From Anaerolineales bacterium (GTDB taxonomy: Bacteria; Chloroflexota; Anaerolineae; Anaerolineales; UBA4823): a stretch of 64,000 nt of DNA. Location of the stretch: assembly GCA_034434515.1 (NCBI GenBank), contig DAOTZA010000110.1, positions 20,429 to 84,428 of the forward strand. Reading direction: 5' to 3'. A program made the translations under genes and the position numbers. The notes below the pieces were generated by a model. That model made no database searches. It worked only from the letters and a program-made list of their open reading frames with translations, and had not been told where the DNA came from. This document shows, in pieces, positions 27,059 to 37,323 of this stretch. Numbering within the stretch: position 1 is the first letter of the stretch; every line of letters begins with the position of its first letter.

Positions 27059-28420
27059 ATGACCAGAAACACAACCATATCCTTGATTGTCATTTTTGCC
27101 ATATTGATTCCTGCAATTTATCTCGTCTTACCGACCACCAATTCTTTCTTAGGGCGGACTATCGTAACCAAGCTAGGATTAGATCTGGTTGGTGGACAAC
27201 AAATTGTCTTGCAAGTCGATTTACCCGAAGATACCATTCCCGATCGCGATCTATTAGTTAAAGCCAGTCAGATTGTCGAAAGCCGTGTAAACGGTTTGGG
27301 GGTGGCAGAAGCAGTGGTACAGATCGCCGGAAATCGTTTCATCAATGTTGAATTACCGGCTGTCAAGGATGCAACGGAGAGTATAAATGCTATTAAACAA
27401 ACAGGCGTCCTTGAATTTGTGGATATGTCCCAATTGAGCGATGAAGAAGCCTTTGCCCTGGTTGACCAGACGATTCGCACCGATCTTCAAGAGACTTTGG
27501 GAGGTTCTGTCACGACGCCGATTACGGCAACTGGCGCATTGACCGAAACCGTATTCCACACAATTATGACGGGCTCCATGCTGGAATCGGTACAAACTAC
27601 TACCAACCAAGTCGGTCAACCGGTGGTCTCCTTTCGCCTGACCTCTGAAGGGGCAAAGATATTCGCCGATTACACCAGACAACATCAGGGAAAAATTCTT
27701 GCCATCGTATTGGATAAAAAAGTCATTTCCGCCCCACGCATTCGGGAACCCATCGAAAGTGGAGAGGGGATTATCGAAGGGAATTTCACTGTGGAAAGCG
27801 CCAATGCCCTGACCGTTCAGCTTCGGTATGGTTCTCTACCCGTTCCTCTGAAAGTCGCTGAAACGCGCACGATCGGGCCGACATTAGGAGAGGATTCTTT
27901 ACGGAAAAGCCTGATCGCCGGCGCCATCGGTTTTTCCATCGTTATTATGTTCATGATACTCTATTACCGCTTACCGGGAGCTGTAGCGATTACGGCGATT
28001 CTCACTTATGCAGTTATCACCTTTGCCATCTTTCGCACGATTCCGGTAACATTAACCCTTCCCGGCATTGCCGGCTTTTTGCTCAGTACCGGATCGGCGC
28101 TGGATGCCAACATTCTGATCTTTGAACGGTTAAAAGAAGAATTACGAAGTGGTCGAAAATTAGGCTTAGCGATCGATATTGGGTGGAAAAGAGCGTGGCC
28201 TTCCATTCGAGACTCTAATATTGCTACAATTCTCACCTCCTTAATTCTTTTTTGGTTCGGGAGCACTTTTGGAGCAACGATTGTAAAAGGCTTCTCCCTG
28301 ACGCTCATGCTTGGTGTCATGGTCAGCTTGTTTTCCGCAATCGTGGTCACCCGAACTTTCCTGAACGTTCTCTTTACCTTTTTTCAACCTTCAAACTATT
28401 CAAAATGGTTTGGCCTATAA
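27059..28420 (+). CDS. secD: protein translocase subunit SecD
   Basis: N-terminal TM, a large periplasmic domain, and C-terminal six-TM RND-like block (DANILIFERLKEE). GGAGG lies upstream of ATG 27059. Confidence 0.9.
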   Translation: MTRNTTISLIVIFAILIPAIYLVLPTTNSFLGRTIVTKLGLDLVGGQQIVLQVDLPEDTIPDRDLLVKASQIVESRVNGLGVAEAVVQIAGNRFINVELPAVKDATESINAIKQTGVLEFVDMSQLSDEEAFALVDQTIRTDLQETLGGSVTTPITATGALTETVFHTIMTGSMLESVQTTTNQVGQPVVSFRLTSEGAKIFADYTRQHQGKILAIVLDKKVISAPRIREPIESGEGIIEGNFTVESANALTVQLRYGSLPVPLKVAETRTIGPTLGEDSLRKSLIAGAIGFSIVIMFMILYYRLPGAVAITAILTYAVITFAIFRTIPVTLTLPGIAGFLLSTGSALDANILIFERLKEELRSGRKLGLAIDIGWKRAWPSIRDSNIATILTSLILFWFGSTFGATIVKGFSLTLMLGVMVSLFSAIVVTRTFLNVLFTFFQPSNYSKWFGL

Positions 28421-28430
28421 AGGTGCTAAG

Positions 28431-29357
28431 ATGATCAATATACTTGGAAAACGATATTTCTTCTTTCTCCTTTCCTTACTGATCATTATTCCCGGCATGG
28501 TTGTGCTTGGGATTTGGAAACTGCCCCTGGCAATTGACTTTACAGGTGGCTCATATCTGGAGTTCAAATTTGACAATCGGCAACCTCCACCGCCAGCAGA
28601 GATTGTGCTTCTATTTACCGACTTAGGGATCAAAGACGTTCAAGTTCTAACCACCGAACAGCAAACCATCATTGCCAAATCCAGTTTTCTTGATGAGACT
28701 ACCCAAACAGAGTTGTTAAAGTCAATGGCAGAACGATTCCAAGACACCATCACCGTATTACGCTTCGATAGCGTTGGTCCAACCATCGGGCAACAGGTAA
28801 CCCAAAGGGCAGCCATCGCTTTAGCTATCGCAGCCCTAGCGGTGATTCTTTACATCACCTTTGCTTTTCGGGGTGTGGAACACGCTTTTCGCTACGGATT
28901 GTGCGCCATTATTGCAATGGTGCATGACGTGGCTGTTGTGATTAGTATCGTTGCTATTGGCGGTAAATTCTTCGGCTGGCAGTTCGATTCGTTAACCTTA
29001 ACCGCGTTGCTCACCGTAATAGGCTTTTCGGTACAAGATAAAATTGTGGTATTTGACCGCATTCGAGAAAATAGCGCCATCCTAAAACGACTTCCATTTG
29101 AAACTTTGGTCAATCACTCAATAGTCCAAACCTTACAGCGTTCCATCAATACCCAATTAATGACGGTCGAATTTATGTTGCTCGCCCTGGCTCTCTTCGG
29201 TGGAGTAACCTTGAGAGAATTTTCCACCATTCTCCTGATCGGTTTGTTCATGGGTACGTATTCCTCAATTTTTATTGCCGCTCCGATTCTGGTTGTCTGG
29301 GAAAACCGTGAGTGGCAGCAGTGGTTTAAACCCCGCACCAGTAACAGCGCAGCTTGA
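28431..29357 (+). CDS. secF: protein translocase subunit SecF
   Basis: IDFTGGS motif followed by a six-TM block (VFDRIREN). Directly follows secD. Confidence 0.9.
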   Translation: MINILGKRYFFFLLSLLIIIPGMVVLGIWKLPLAIDFTGGSYLEFKFDNRQPPPPAEIVLLFTDLGIKDVQVLTTEQQTIIAKSSFLDETTQTELLKSMAERFQDTITVLRFDSVGPTIGQQVTQRAAIALAIAALAVILYITFAFRGVEHAFRYGLCAIIAMVHDVAVVISIVAIGGKFFGWQFDSLTLTALLTVIGFSVQDKIVVFDRIRENSAILKRLPFETLVNHSIVQTLQRSINTQLMTVEFMLLALALFGGVTLREFSTILLIGLFMGTYSSIFIAAPILVVWENREWQQWFKPRTSNSAA

Positions 29358-29364
29358 GGATTGA

Positions 29365-30102
29365 TTACGGACGAACAAGGTAAAGGAGGGCAAACGCGCC
29401 TAATATCAGAAATGGAGCATACGGGATAGCCAAATCCGAACGATATTGTTTTCTAACCATCAAGCGGGCAACCAGCACAAAACTAAACAACCCTGCCGAA
29501 AATACCGCAATCCATAGCGCTACGAAAATTGCTGGAAATCCTAGTAAAAGTCCTAAAATAGCCAACAAGTTGACATCCCCAAAGCCTAAAGCCTCCTCTT
29601 CCAAAGCGGAGGCTTTTTTTCTGATTTTAAGCACGAACCTCCCCAGCCAATATAGCCCGAACATGACCAAAAAACCCATAACCCCACCCAACAGAGTGGA
29701 GATAAATCCATGACGGGCAATGCCAATGGCTAAAAAAATACCTCCGCCCGCAAGCACGGTTTCGAACAATACAACCCGATACTCAATATCTATCACTGTA
29801 ATTACGCCAAAAACGACAAATACCAACCAGGAGAGCCAAAAATCTAGTCGCACCGGATAGCTCTGTATCCAATAAACCATTAATACACTAAATACATATA
29901 CGAATACATAACGCCAGCGGCGGCGCAGGTTGCAGTTCGAACATTGTTGAAGGGTAAGGTACTGAGCATAGGATAGGCTCTTGCCACAATGATTGCAAAG
30001 CGGCTTTGTGAGACGCCGTTGATGAGGTAAACAATCGGCCAGATAATTTATCAGAAAGCCACCGAGCGTTCCAGTAAGCAGGCTGATCAGAAGAATCGCC
30101 AT
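29365..30102 (-). CDS. prepilin peptidase (A24 family)
   Basis: N-terminal CxxC...CxxC zinc motif (CNHCGKSL...CSNC) and the catalytic Asp context GFGDVNLLAILG. Polytopic membrane protein. Confidence 0.85.
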   Translation of the reverse strand: MAILLISLLTGTLGGFLINYLADCLPHQRRLTKPLCNHCGKSLSYAQYLTLQQCSNCNLRRRWRYVFVYVFSVLMVYWIQSYPVRLDFWLSWLVFVVFGVITVIDIEYRVVLFETVLAGGGIFLAIGIARHGFISTLLGGVMGFLVMFGLYWLGRFVLKIRKKASALEEEALGFGDVNLLAILGLLLGFPAIFVALWIAVFSAGLFSFVLVARLMVRKQYRSDLAIPYAPFLILGAFALLYLVRP

Positions 30103-30179
30103 AGACCCATTATAATTGGCTGGAACGCTGTGAACCAGTCCATCACCTAACAAAACCTTAAGGAGTAAACAATACGATC

Positions 30180-31475
30180 ATGGAAAAATTCATCATACAT
30201 GGCGGTACCCCTTTGTCGGGAACCATACAACCATCCGGGAACAAAAATGCCGCCCTTCCCTTACTTGCTGCAACAACATTAACCGATGAACCGGTCATCT
30301 TACACAACGTTCCTCAAATTCGTGATGTCGAATCCATGCGTAAATTGCTTGAAAGTTTGGGGGTTCTGATTACCCAAATTGATCACCATTCATGGAAAGT
30401 CCATGCCAAGCAAGTATATATCCAGGACCTCGACCCCGATATTTGTCGCAGCATCCGTGCCTCAATCCTGCTGGCCGGTCCTGTTTTGGCTCGATGTGGT
30501 GAAATTTATTTACCACCGCCTGGTGGAGATGTAATCGGCCGGCGCCGTGTGGATACCCACCTTCTCGCCCTGAACGCCCTTGGTGCGGTTACAGATTACG
30601 ATCGGACACAAAAACGTTTTAATTTCAAAGCCAAGCAGCTTAGTGGCGCGAATATATTACTAGATGAAGCCAGTGTAACCGCAACCGAAAACGCTATTAT
30701 GGCTGCTGTAACCGCAACCGGAACAACGATCATTCGCAATGCCGCCTCTGAACCCCATGTTCAAGAGCTTTGCCATTTTCTCAATCATCTTGGGGCAAGG
30801 ATATCGAATATCGGTTCGAATACTTTGACGATTGAAGGGGTTAGCAAATTGAAAGGAGGAGAATTTACAATCGGTCCAGATTATCTCGAAGTAGTCAGTT
30901 TTATTGGTGCAGCCGCAGTTACCAAAGGTTCTATTCGGATTGTCGGCGCCGGACCTCAATATTTGGATATGATCGCCATTGTCTTTCGCCGTTTAGGGGT
31001 CGAATGGTACGTAGAAGGTAATGACGTCATCGTTCCGCAGCAACAGCGCCTGGAAATCCAGCCTGACCTCGGCGATGCAATTCCAGAAATTAGCGTAATG
31101 CCCTGGCCAGCTTTTCCAACCGACTTGATGAGCATTGCGATTGTCATTGCCACGCAGGCTAAAGGAAGCGTCTTGTTTCATGATTGGATGTACCCATCAC
31201 GTATGTTTTTTATCGATAAATTGGTCAGTATGGGAGCACAGATCGTACTTTGCGATCCACATCGGTGTATTGTCCAAGGACCCACCCAGCTTTTCGGCGA
31301 AAATTTAGAAAGCCCAGATATACGTGCCGGGATGGCCCTTGTGTTAGCCGCGCTGGCTGCTGAAGGCAAGTCAATCATTCGGAACATTGGTCAAATTGAT
31401 CGCGGTTATGAAAAAGTGGATGAAAAACTCCGCGCTCTGGGAGCGCGGATTGAACGGGTAAGTATGGAATCCTAA
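30180..31475 (+). CDS. murA: UDP-N-acetylglucosamine 1-carboxyvinyltransferase
   Basis: 431 aa with the GNKNAALP N-terminal motif and PGGDVIGRR loop typical of MurA. The loop has Asp where E. coli MurA has Cys115, as read in the sequence. Confidence 0.95.
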   Translation: MEKFIIHGGTPLSGTIQPSGNKNAALPLLAATTLTDEPVILHNVPQIRDVESMRKLLESLGVLITQIDHHSWKVHAKQVYIQDLDPDICRSIRASILLAGPVLARCGEIYLPPPGGDVIGRRRVDTHLLALNALGAVTDYDRTQKRFNFKAKQLSGANILLDEASVTATENAIMAAVTATGTTIIRNAASEPHVQELCHFLNHLGARISNIGSNTLTIEGVSKLKGGEFTIGPDYLEVVSFIGAAAVTKGSIRIVGAGPQYLDMIAIVFRRLGVEWYVEGNDVIVPQQQRLEIQPDLGDAIPEISVMPWPAFPTDLMSIAIVIATQAKGSVLFHDWMYPSRMFFIDKLVSMGAQIVLCDPHRCIVQGPTQLFGENLESPDIRAGMALVLAALAAEGKSIIRNIGQIDRGYEKVDEKLRALGARIERVSMES

Positions 31476-31489
31476 ACCACCTATCCCAT

Positions 31490-31834
31490 CTAGGCTGAGT
31501 TTGTCACCTTTAGAAATTCATTGACTACGTCACGTAACATTGGCTCGGGTAAAGCCCCAACCTGTCGATGGACGACTTTTCCATTAAAGACAAATAACAT
31601 TGTCGGAATACCCTGAACGCCAAATTTCATCGCCCACTCCGGATTTTCATCGGTGTTTACTTTGGCAATCAGCACTTTTCCTGCCAACTCTTTAGCAAGT
31701 TTGTCCAGTATCGGGGCAACCATTTTACATGGACCACACCAAGGCGCCCAGAAATCGACAATCACCGGGATTGGGGATTGCATAATAGTTTTTTCAAAAG
31801 CAGCATCTGTAACGTGAATAGGTTCATCAATCAT
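31490..31834 (-). CDS. trxA: thioredoxin
   Basis: Active site WAPWCGPCK. AGGAGA precedes the ATGTATATG start region (start at 31834 or 31840). The ORF-track start at 31975 adds 45 aa of non-thioredoxin sequence. Confidence 0.9.
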   Translation of the reverse strand: MIDEPIHVTDAAFEKTIMQSPIPVIVDFWAPWCGPCKMVAPILDKLAKELAGKVLIAKVNTDENPEWAMKFGVQGIPTMLFVFNGKVVHRQVGALPEPMLRDVVNEFLKVTNSA

Positions 31835-31905
31835 ATACATTCTCCTAAGTTTTTTCGGATGAAGTATAGCACGATCGCCTGAAAATGTCAGGTATAATTT
31901 CGCCA

Positions 31906-32685
31906 ATGTCAATCGGATTTTTCTCGAAAAGAGCTGTTCAGTATCAAGTTCAAACCCCGCTCTATCAGGGGCCATTGGACTTATTACTGCATTTGATTGA
32001 GAAAGCCGAATTAGATATTACTCAGTTAGCGCTAGCCCAAGTGACCGATCAATTCTTGGCTTATCTCCAAACGCTTGATCACCTAGAAACTGAAGAGCTT
32101 TCGTATTTTATTGTTATTGCGACAAAATTGCTGTATATCAAATCCCAAATGCTTCTACCTCAATCTTCTCTTGACCTTTCGACTGAAGAGGAAAACAGTG
32201 AAGACTTGGTCAGACAATTGAAAGAATACAAGAAATTTCGCCAAATTGCGACCTGGCTAGGGGAAAGGGAGTCCCAAGGACTCAAGACTTATTTACGGCT
32301 TGCTCCTCCTCCAAAAGTCGAAAGTTTAGTTGATCTGAGTGATCTCGATTTGCAAACCTTTTTGCTTGCTGCTCAGAATGTATTTCGCAATGTTGAAAAC
32401 TCGTCTGAAGTCCATCGCACAATCATCAAACCCAGATATTCAATCAAAGAACAAATTTACAGGATTGTTCAGGTATTGAAGGAAACAGGCCGCACTTCTT
32501 TTCGAACTCTGACACGCTCCTTCCATTCGCGCGCCGAAGTCATTACGCTGTTTCTGGCATTATTAGAGCTGATCAAACAGCAACAAATCGAAATTCAACA
32601 AGCTGCCCTATTTGATGATATCGAAATCTTCCCAACAACTGAAATGTTCGAGAGTGAAACCTTGGAAAGCGAGTTTGAGAACTAA
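31906..32685 (+). CDS. scpA: segregation and condensation protein A
   Basis: [20 protein letters not shown]-terminal kleisin motif. TATAAT (31893-31898) sits 7 nt before ATG 31906. Confidence 0.85.
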   Translation: MSIGFFSKRAVQYQVQTPLYQGPLDLLLHLIEKAELDITQLALAQVTDQFLAYLQTLDHLETEELSYFIVIATKLLYIKSQMLLPQSSLDLSTEEENSEDLVRQLKEYKKFRQIATWLGERESQGLKTYLRLAPPPKVESLVDLSDLDLQTFLLAAQNVFRNVENSSEVHRTIIKPRYSIKEQIYRIVQVLKETGRTSFRTLTRSFHSRAEVITLFLALLELIKQQQIEIQQAALFDDIEIFPTTEMFESETLESEFEN

Positions 32686-32686
32686 A

Positions 32687-34699
32687 ATGCCAAACCGATT
32701 AATATCTTCCAATTCCCCTTATTTACTCCAACATGCGCATAACCCCGTAGATTGGTACCCTTGGGGAGATGAAGCCTTTCAAAAAGCCAAACAGGAAGAC
32801 AAACCAATTTTTCTTAGTATAGGTTACGCTTCATGTCATTGGTGCCATGTGATGGCGCATGAATCCTTCGAGAACGAGCAAGTAGCTGAGTTTCTAAACC
32901 GGCATTTTGTCCCAATCAAGGTTGACCGCGAAGAGAGGCCAGACGTAGATTCCGTATATATGAACGCAGTAGTGGCCCTAACCGGACACGGTGGTTGGCC
33001 GTTATCGGTCTTTCTAACTCCAGAGGGCAAACCTTTTTTTGGCGGAACATATTATCCCCTGGTTGCGCGCTACCGCTTGCCTGGTTTTCTGGATGTCTTG
33101 CGCGCCATCCAGGATGCCTGGACGACCAAACGGCAACAAATCGAAGAGGCGACCGCCCAAATTTATAACGCCCTGAAACTGCAATATAACATCCGCAATC
33201 AACAACGCCCCTTCGATGCTACGGATTTAGAAACAGCCACAAATCTTTTGCTACAAACCTATGACTGGGACTATGGTGGCTGGGGAAAGGCTCCCAAATT
33301 CCCCCAACCCATTGCGCTCGAATTTTTGCTACACCGCTACACCCAGAACCCCCACCTATCCCGCGTGGGCGAATTGATTGAACACGTCCTGCAAAAGATG
33401 TCTCAAGGCGGGATGTACGATTTGCTGGAAGGCGGCTTTTGTCGTTATAGCACCGATCAACGCTGGATGATCCCCCACTTCGAAAAGATGTTATACGATA
33501 ACGCCCAACTGGGCCTTGTATATCTATACGCAACTATTTGCACAAAAAATGAGCATTTCAAATCCATTGTTGAAGAAATCATCGCATTTTTACTCCAATC
33601 TTTACGCGATCCAGATGGACTGTTCTACTCCAGTCTAGATGCAGATTCGGAAGGTGAGGAGGGAAAGTACTACACATTTACCCTGGATGAACTGAGAACA
33701 ACGCTGACAGCAGAAGAATACGAGTTTTTCTCTAACTCACATCATCTTTCCCCTTTGGAATCAAATCCGCAATACATGGTTTTTCAACTTGTTGAAAATT
33801 TGAACCTGGTTGAAAATTCAGTTATGCTGGACACAATTTACGATAAATTGCGTCAACTTCGAGCAAAAAAAGTCCGTCCAAATATCGATGACAAATGCAT
33901 CTTGAGTTGGAATGCTCTAACCTTGCGATTTTTTGCAGAGGCGAGTAAATACTTACAATCTGAACGATTCCTGGACGTAGCCAAATCGCTGGCTAAGGCA
34001 ATCAAGCAGTGGTACATAACGGAAAATTCTCTGTTTCGTATCAAACGAGGTGAGGTTGTGGCTACGCCAGCTTTATTGGAAGATTACGCCAGCACCATTA
34101 TTGGCTTGCTCTCCCTGTACGAAGTTACTGGAGATGTAGAATGGTTTGGGCTGAGCAAAAGACTTGCCAATCAGATGGTTGAAAAGTTCAACGATCCTCA
34201 AGGTGGTTTTTTTGATGTCTCCAGGGAACATGACCATTTAATTTTATTGCCCAAGGAACTTCAAGACACATCCATTCCTTCAGCAAATGCCCTCGCCCAT
34301 CAAGCGCTATTGAAGCTTGCCAGTTATGAAGGCACTTTAATGGAGTGGTTTGACCAAGCTACCCCATTCATTCAATTGGTCACCGAAAATGCCTTGAAGT
34401 ATCCATTATCCTTTTCCTCATGGTTAATCTTGATCAATACAATACTGTCTGAACCGAAAGAGGTTGTGCTAGTTGGCTCTCAACAAGAGCTCAACCCGTT
34501 TTTTAGGGTACTCTGGTCTAACCCCAGATTCGATTACGTTATTTGTCATTCAGATATGCCTATACCGCCAAACGCGCCGGCAATTCTACAGGATCGAACG
34601 AAAATCAATCAAAAACCAACAGCCTACCTGTGTTATTTAGGGGTTTGTAAAAAACCAACGACAGATTATCAAGAGTTTGATAAAATGCTTCGCGAGTGA
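32687..34699 (+). CDS. thioredoxin-domain protein of the YyaL/DUF255 (SSP411-like) family
   Basis: [18 protein letters not shown] and [11 protein letters not shown] at the N-terminus, followed by a six-hairpin glycosidase-like region. Confidence 0.88.
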   Translation: MPNRLISSNSPYLLQHAHNPVDWYPWGDEAFQKAKQEDKPIFLSIGYASCHWCHVMAHESFENEQVAEFLNRHFVPIKVDREERPDVDSVYMNAVVALTGHGGWPLSVFLTPEGKPFFGGTYYPLVARYRLPGFLDVLRAIQDAWTTKRQQIEEATAQIYNALKLQYNIRNQQRPFDATDLETATNLLLQTYDWDYGGWGKAPKFPQPIALEFLLHRYTQNPHLSRVGELIEHVLQKMSQGGMYDLLEGGFCRYSTDQRWMIPHFEKMLYDNAQLGLVYLYATICTKNEHFKSIVEEIIAFLLQSLRDPDGLFYSSLDADSEGEEGKYYTFTLDELRTTLTAEEYEFFSNSHHLSPLESNPQYMVFQLVENLNLVENSVMLDTIYDKLRQLRAKKVRPNIDDKCILSWNALTLRFFAEASKYLQSERFLDVAKSLAKAIKQWYITENSLFRIKRGEVVATPALLEDYASTIIGLLSLYEVTGDVEWFGLSKRLANQMVEKFNDPQGGFFDVSREHDHLILLPKELQDTSIPSANALAHQALLKLASYEGTLMEWFDQATPFIQLVTENALKYPLSFSSWLILINTILSEPKEVVLVGSQQELNPFFRVLWSNPRFDYVICHSDMPIPPNAPAILQDRTKINQKPTAYLCYLGVCKKPTTDYQEFDKMLRE

Positions 34700-34747
34700 T
34701 CAGTTGGGATAACTCAACTGCCACCTTGACCTTCAGGAGAACAGATC

Positions 34748-36037
34748 ATGAAGCAGGTAATTTCAGCCATTAAAGGCACCCGCGATTTCTATCCAGAAAA
34801 TATGGCCGTACGAACATGGCTGTATGACACTATCAAAAAGATTTCGCAGAGATATGGTTATCAAGAATATGAAGGGCCTTTTCTAGAGCCAATCGACCTT
34901 TATGCTGCAAAATCGGGCGAGGAGCTTGTGAAAGAACAGTCCTTTGTTTTCCCTGATCGAGGTGGCGATTTGATTACGCTGCGCCCAGAGCTAACCCCCA
35001 CCCTGGCTCGCATGGTTGCTCAAAAACAAAATCAATTAGTTTTTCCGCTCCGCTGGTGGTCCTTCGGTCCATTCTGGCGATATGAAAAACCTCAGAAAGG
35101 GCGCTCGCGTGAGTTCTTTCAATGGAATATTGATCTGATCGGCCTCAACACCCCCGAAGCAGATGCTGAATTACTATCGGTGATTGTCTCATTTCTTCGG
35201 TCAGTTAATTTGTCCTCTACCCAAGTAAAAATATTTATTAATGACCGCAAACTGATGGAAAACTGTCTAAATCATTTGGGCATCCCTGCTGAAAGGCGGT
35301 CGGTCGTCTTTCGCCTGATCGATCGTAAGGAGAAAATGGAATTCCAGGAATGGCAAAATTATGCCCGAGACGAGGGGCTAAACACATCCCAAATTAATGG
35401 AATTGTAAACTTGTTGCAAAACACCGAACTCTGGAGAGAGTCACCGAATTTAATCCGTATCTTTCAAGCCTTAGAAAACGAATCGGCCAGCGAGTTTGTC
35501 GAATTCGATCCGAATATAATTCGCGGTTTGGATTATTACACCTCTACGGTATTTGAAGCTAAAGACATTGGCGGAACCGTAAGAAGATCTATTCTCGGTG
35601 GAGGTCGTTACGATGATTTATTAGCTGCAGTTGGCGGTGATCCATTACCAGCGGTAGGATTTGCGATGGGTGATGTTGTCATCTCACTAATTCTGCAGGA
35701 GTATGGCTGTATCCCGCCTGATATCTATTCCCATCCGGCAAAAGTTCTTGTTACGACATTCTCGAATGAATCTTTGCCTTTCTCAATCAAGCTTGCCCAT
35801 CAACTGAGGGAGAAAGGAATAAACGTGATTACCTATCCCGAGGCAGCCAGCTTGAATAAGCAATTAAGATATGCGGATCGAATGAAAATTCCTTTTGCAA
35901 TCCTTCTCGGCCCTGATGAAATTGCCAGTAATACGATCACCCTAAAATCGCTAAGCAGTGGTGAGCAGACCAAAATAAAAAACTCTGAGATTGATAAAAA
36001 ATTGCTACCGCTCCTTGTCGGTGAAGCAAAGTCATGA
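34748..36037 (+). CDS. hisS: histidine--tRNA ligase
   Basis: Class II motifs LRPELT, FWRYEKPQKGRSREFFQ and GGGRYDDL, plus a C-terminal anticodon-binding domain. Confidence 0.95.
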   Translation: MKQVISAIKGTRDFYPENMAVRTWLYDTIKKISQRYGYQEYEGPFLEPIDLYAAKSGEELVKEQSFVFPDRGGDLITLRPELTPTLARMVAQKQNQLVFPLRWWSFGPFWRYEKPQKGRSREFFQWNIDLIGLNTPEADAELLSVIVSFLRSVNLSSTQVKIFINDRKLMENCLNHLGIPAERRSVVFRLIDRKEKMEFQEWQNYARDEGLNTSQINGIVNLLQNTELWRESPNLIRIFQALENESASEFVEFDPNIIRGLDYYTSTVFEAKDIGGTVRRSILGGGRYDDLLAAVGGDPLPAVGFAMGDVVISLILQEYGCIPPDIYSHPAKVLVTTFSNESLPFSIKLAHQLREKGINVITYPEAASLNKQLRYADRMKIPFAILLGPDEIASNTITLKSLSSGEQTKIKNSEIDKKLLPLLVGEAKS

Positions 36038-36060
36038 TAAAATGGCTTTACAAAAATTAC

Positions 36061-36137
36061 GGTGCCAGTAGCTCAATTGGCAGAGCATCGCACTGTGGAT
36101 GCGAGGGTTGTGGGTTCGAGACCCATCTGGCACCCCA
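36061..36137 (+). tRNA. tRNA-His (anticodon GUG) with encoded G-1 and 3' CCA
   Basis: Manual cloverleaf: G-1 plus GTGCCAG/CTGGCAC, D arm GCTC/GAGC, anticodon stem TCGCA/TGCGA with loop CTGTGGA, T arm GTGGG-TTCGAGA-CCCAT, C73, and CCA. Confidence 0.92.
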
Positions 36138-36153
36138 AGATACGGTTACCCCC

Positions 36154-36180
36154 ATCCCTCTATAGAGGGATTTTTTATTT
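36154..36180 (+). terminator. rho-independent terminator after tRNA-His
   Basis: ATCCCTC-TATA-GAGGGAT hairpin followed by TTTTTTATTT. The T-run overlaps the stop codon of the convergent gene. Confidence 0.7.
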
Positions 36181-37062
36181 CATTTCAAAGAAAAGTGCCT
36201 GGCGCATCTCGTGGATATGCTGCGGTGAGCTACCGCAACAAGCTCCAATTAACTTTGCCCCGAGATGACGCACGCTTTGGGCATGTTCCGCCATGACCTC
36301 TGGCAAACCATCATAAACCACTTTTCCATCCACTAGTTTAGGTATTCCGGCGTTAGCTTTAGAGATAATGGGTTTTTGACAACCTGCTTTGTGCATGCGA
36401 TCAATGACCGCTTCTAATTCTTGAGGTCCTTTGCCACAATTTGCCCCAACAGCACTCAACTCGAGCTCGTTGGCGAGTTGAACCAATTGCTCAGGCGTGA
36501 CACCCATCATCGTCCGCCCTTTGCTCTCAAAGGTCATGGTTACAGTAATCGGAAGGCGGGTGACCAATCGCGCCCCCTGAACAGCCGCTTTTACTTCTTG
36601 CAGGTCGGCCATTGTTTCAATCCAAATCACATCCACTCCGCCGCTGGACAATCCTGCAGCCTGCTCTGCGAACGCTTGAACTGCCGCTTCATAGGTCAAT
36701 TTTCCAAGCGGCGCCATCAGTTCGCCGGTCGGCCCCATTGATCCCGCAACAATAACGTTTGGATATTCATCGGCTACTGCGCGGGCTAATTCGGCTGCAG
36801 CAAGATTAATGTCGCGCACGCGGTCATCTAACCCATGTCTGCTCAGGCGGAAACGATTACCTCCAAATGTATTGGTTAGGATAACATTGGCCCCAGCCTC
36901 GATATACGCGCGATGAATTTCTTTCACCACCTCCGGATGCTCAAGATTCATCTTTTCAGGAGCTTGTCCGGCTTCCATGCCTTTTGACATCAACATCGTA
37001 CCCATTGCCCCATCCAGAAGTATCACTGTGGCTTCGGATAATAATTTTTCAAATTTATTCAT
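36175..37062 (-). CDS. homocysteine S-methyltransferase-domain protein (stand-alone MetH N-terminal-like)
   Basis: 295 aa. MGT...L, the GANVILTNTFG motif, and the zinc ligands GANCG and GACCGSSP are typical of the Hcy-binding S-methyltransferase domain. Confidence 0.8.
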   Translation of the reverse strand: MNKFEKLLSEATVILLDGAMGTMLMSKGMEAGQAPEKMNLEHPEVVKEIHRAYIEAGANVILTNTFGGNRFRLSRHGLDDRVRDINLAAAELARAVADEYPNVIVAGSMGPTGELMAPLGKLTYEAAVQAFAEQAAGLSSGGVDVIWIETMADLQEVKAAVQGARLVTRLPITVTMTFESKGRTMMGVTPEQLVQLANELELSAVGANCGKGPQELEAVIDRMHKAGCQKPIISKANAGIPKLVDGKVVYDGLPEVMAEHAQSVRHLGAKLIGACCGSSPQHIHEMRQALFFEMK

Positions 37063-37111
37063 CTTACACCTTCAAAGGACAGATGATGGAGAACAAATCA
37101 TTAAATAAAAA

Positions 37112-37183
37112 TGGCGAGGGTGGGATTTGAACCCACAACCAAGGGCTTATGAGTCCCCTGCTCCACCATTGAGCTACCTCGCC
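37112..37183 (-). tRNA. tRNA with CAU anticodon (elongator Met or Ile2; not initiator), CCA not encoded
   Basis: Reverse complement folds as GGCGAGG / TA / GCTC-AATGGTG-GAGC / A / GGGGA-CTCATAA-GCCCT / TGGTT / GTGGG-TTCAAAT-CCCAC / CCTCGCC / A. The G1-C72 pair argues against a bacterial initiator. Positions 31-39 are an A/G mismatch. Confidence 0.82.
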
Positions 37184-37323
37184 CTAAAAACCCAATATCT
37201 GGGGTTTTCCGCCCATGTCAACCATATAAGGGGATTTTTCACATTCCGTTTTTTTTAAGATACGTCTGATCTGTGTTTGTATTGCAATTATAATCTAAAG
37301 TCGCCCTATTGCAAGGGAATATT

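Noticed and set aside
31841-31975. 45-aa N-terminal extension of thioredoxin overlapping the scpA start
   Set aside because: The extension has no thioredoxin similarity. AGGAGA precedes the internal ATGTATATG. The region instead contains the scpA -10 element and start on the other strand.
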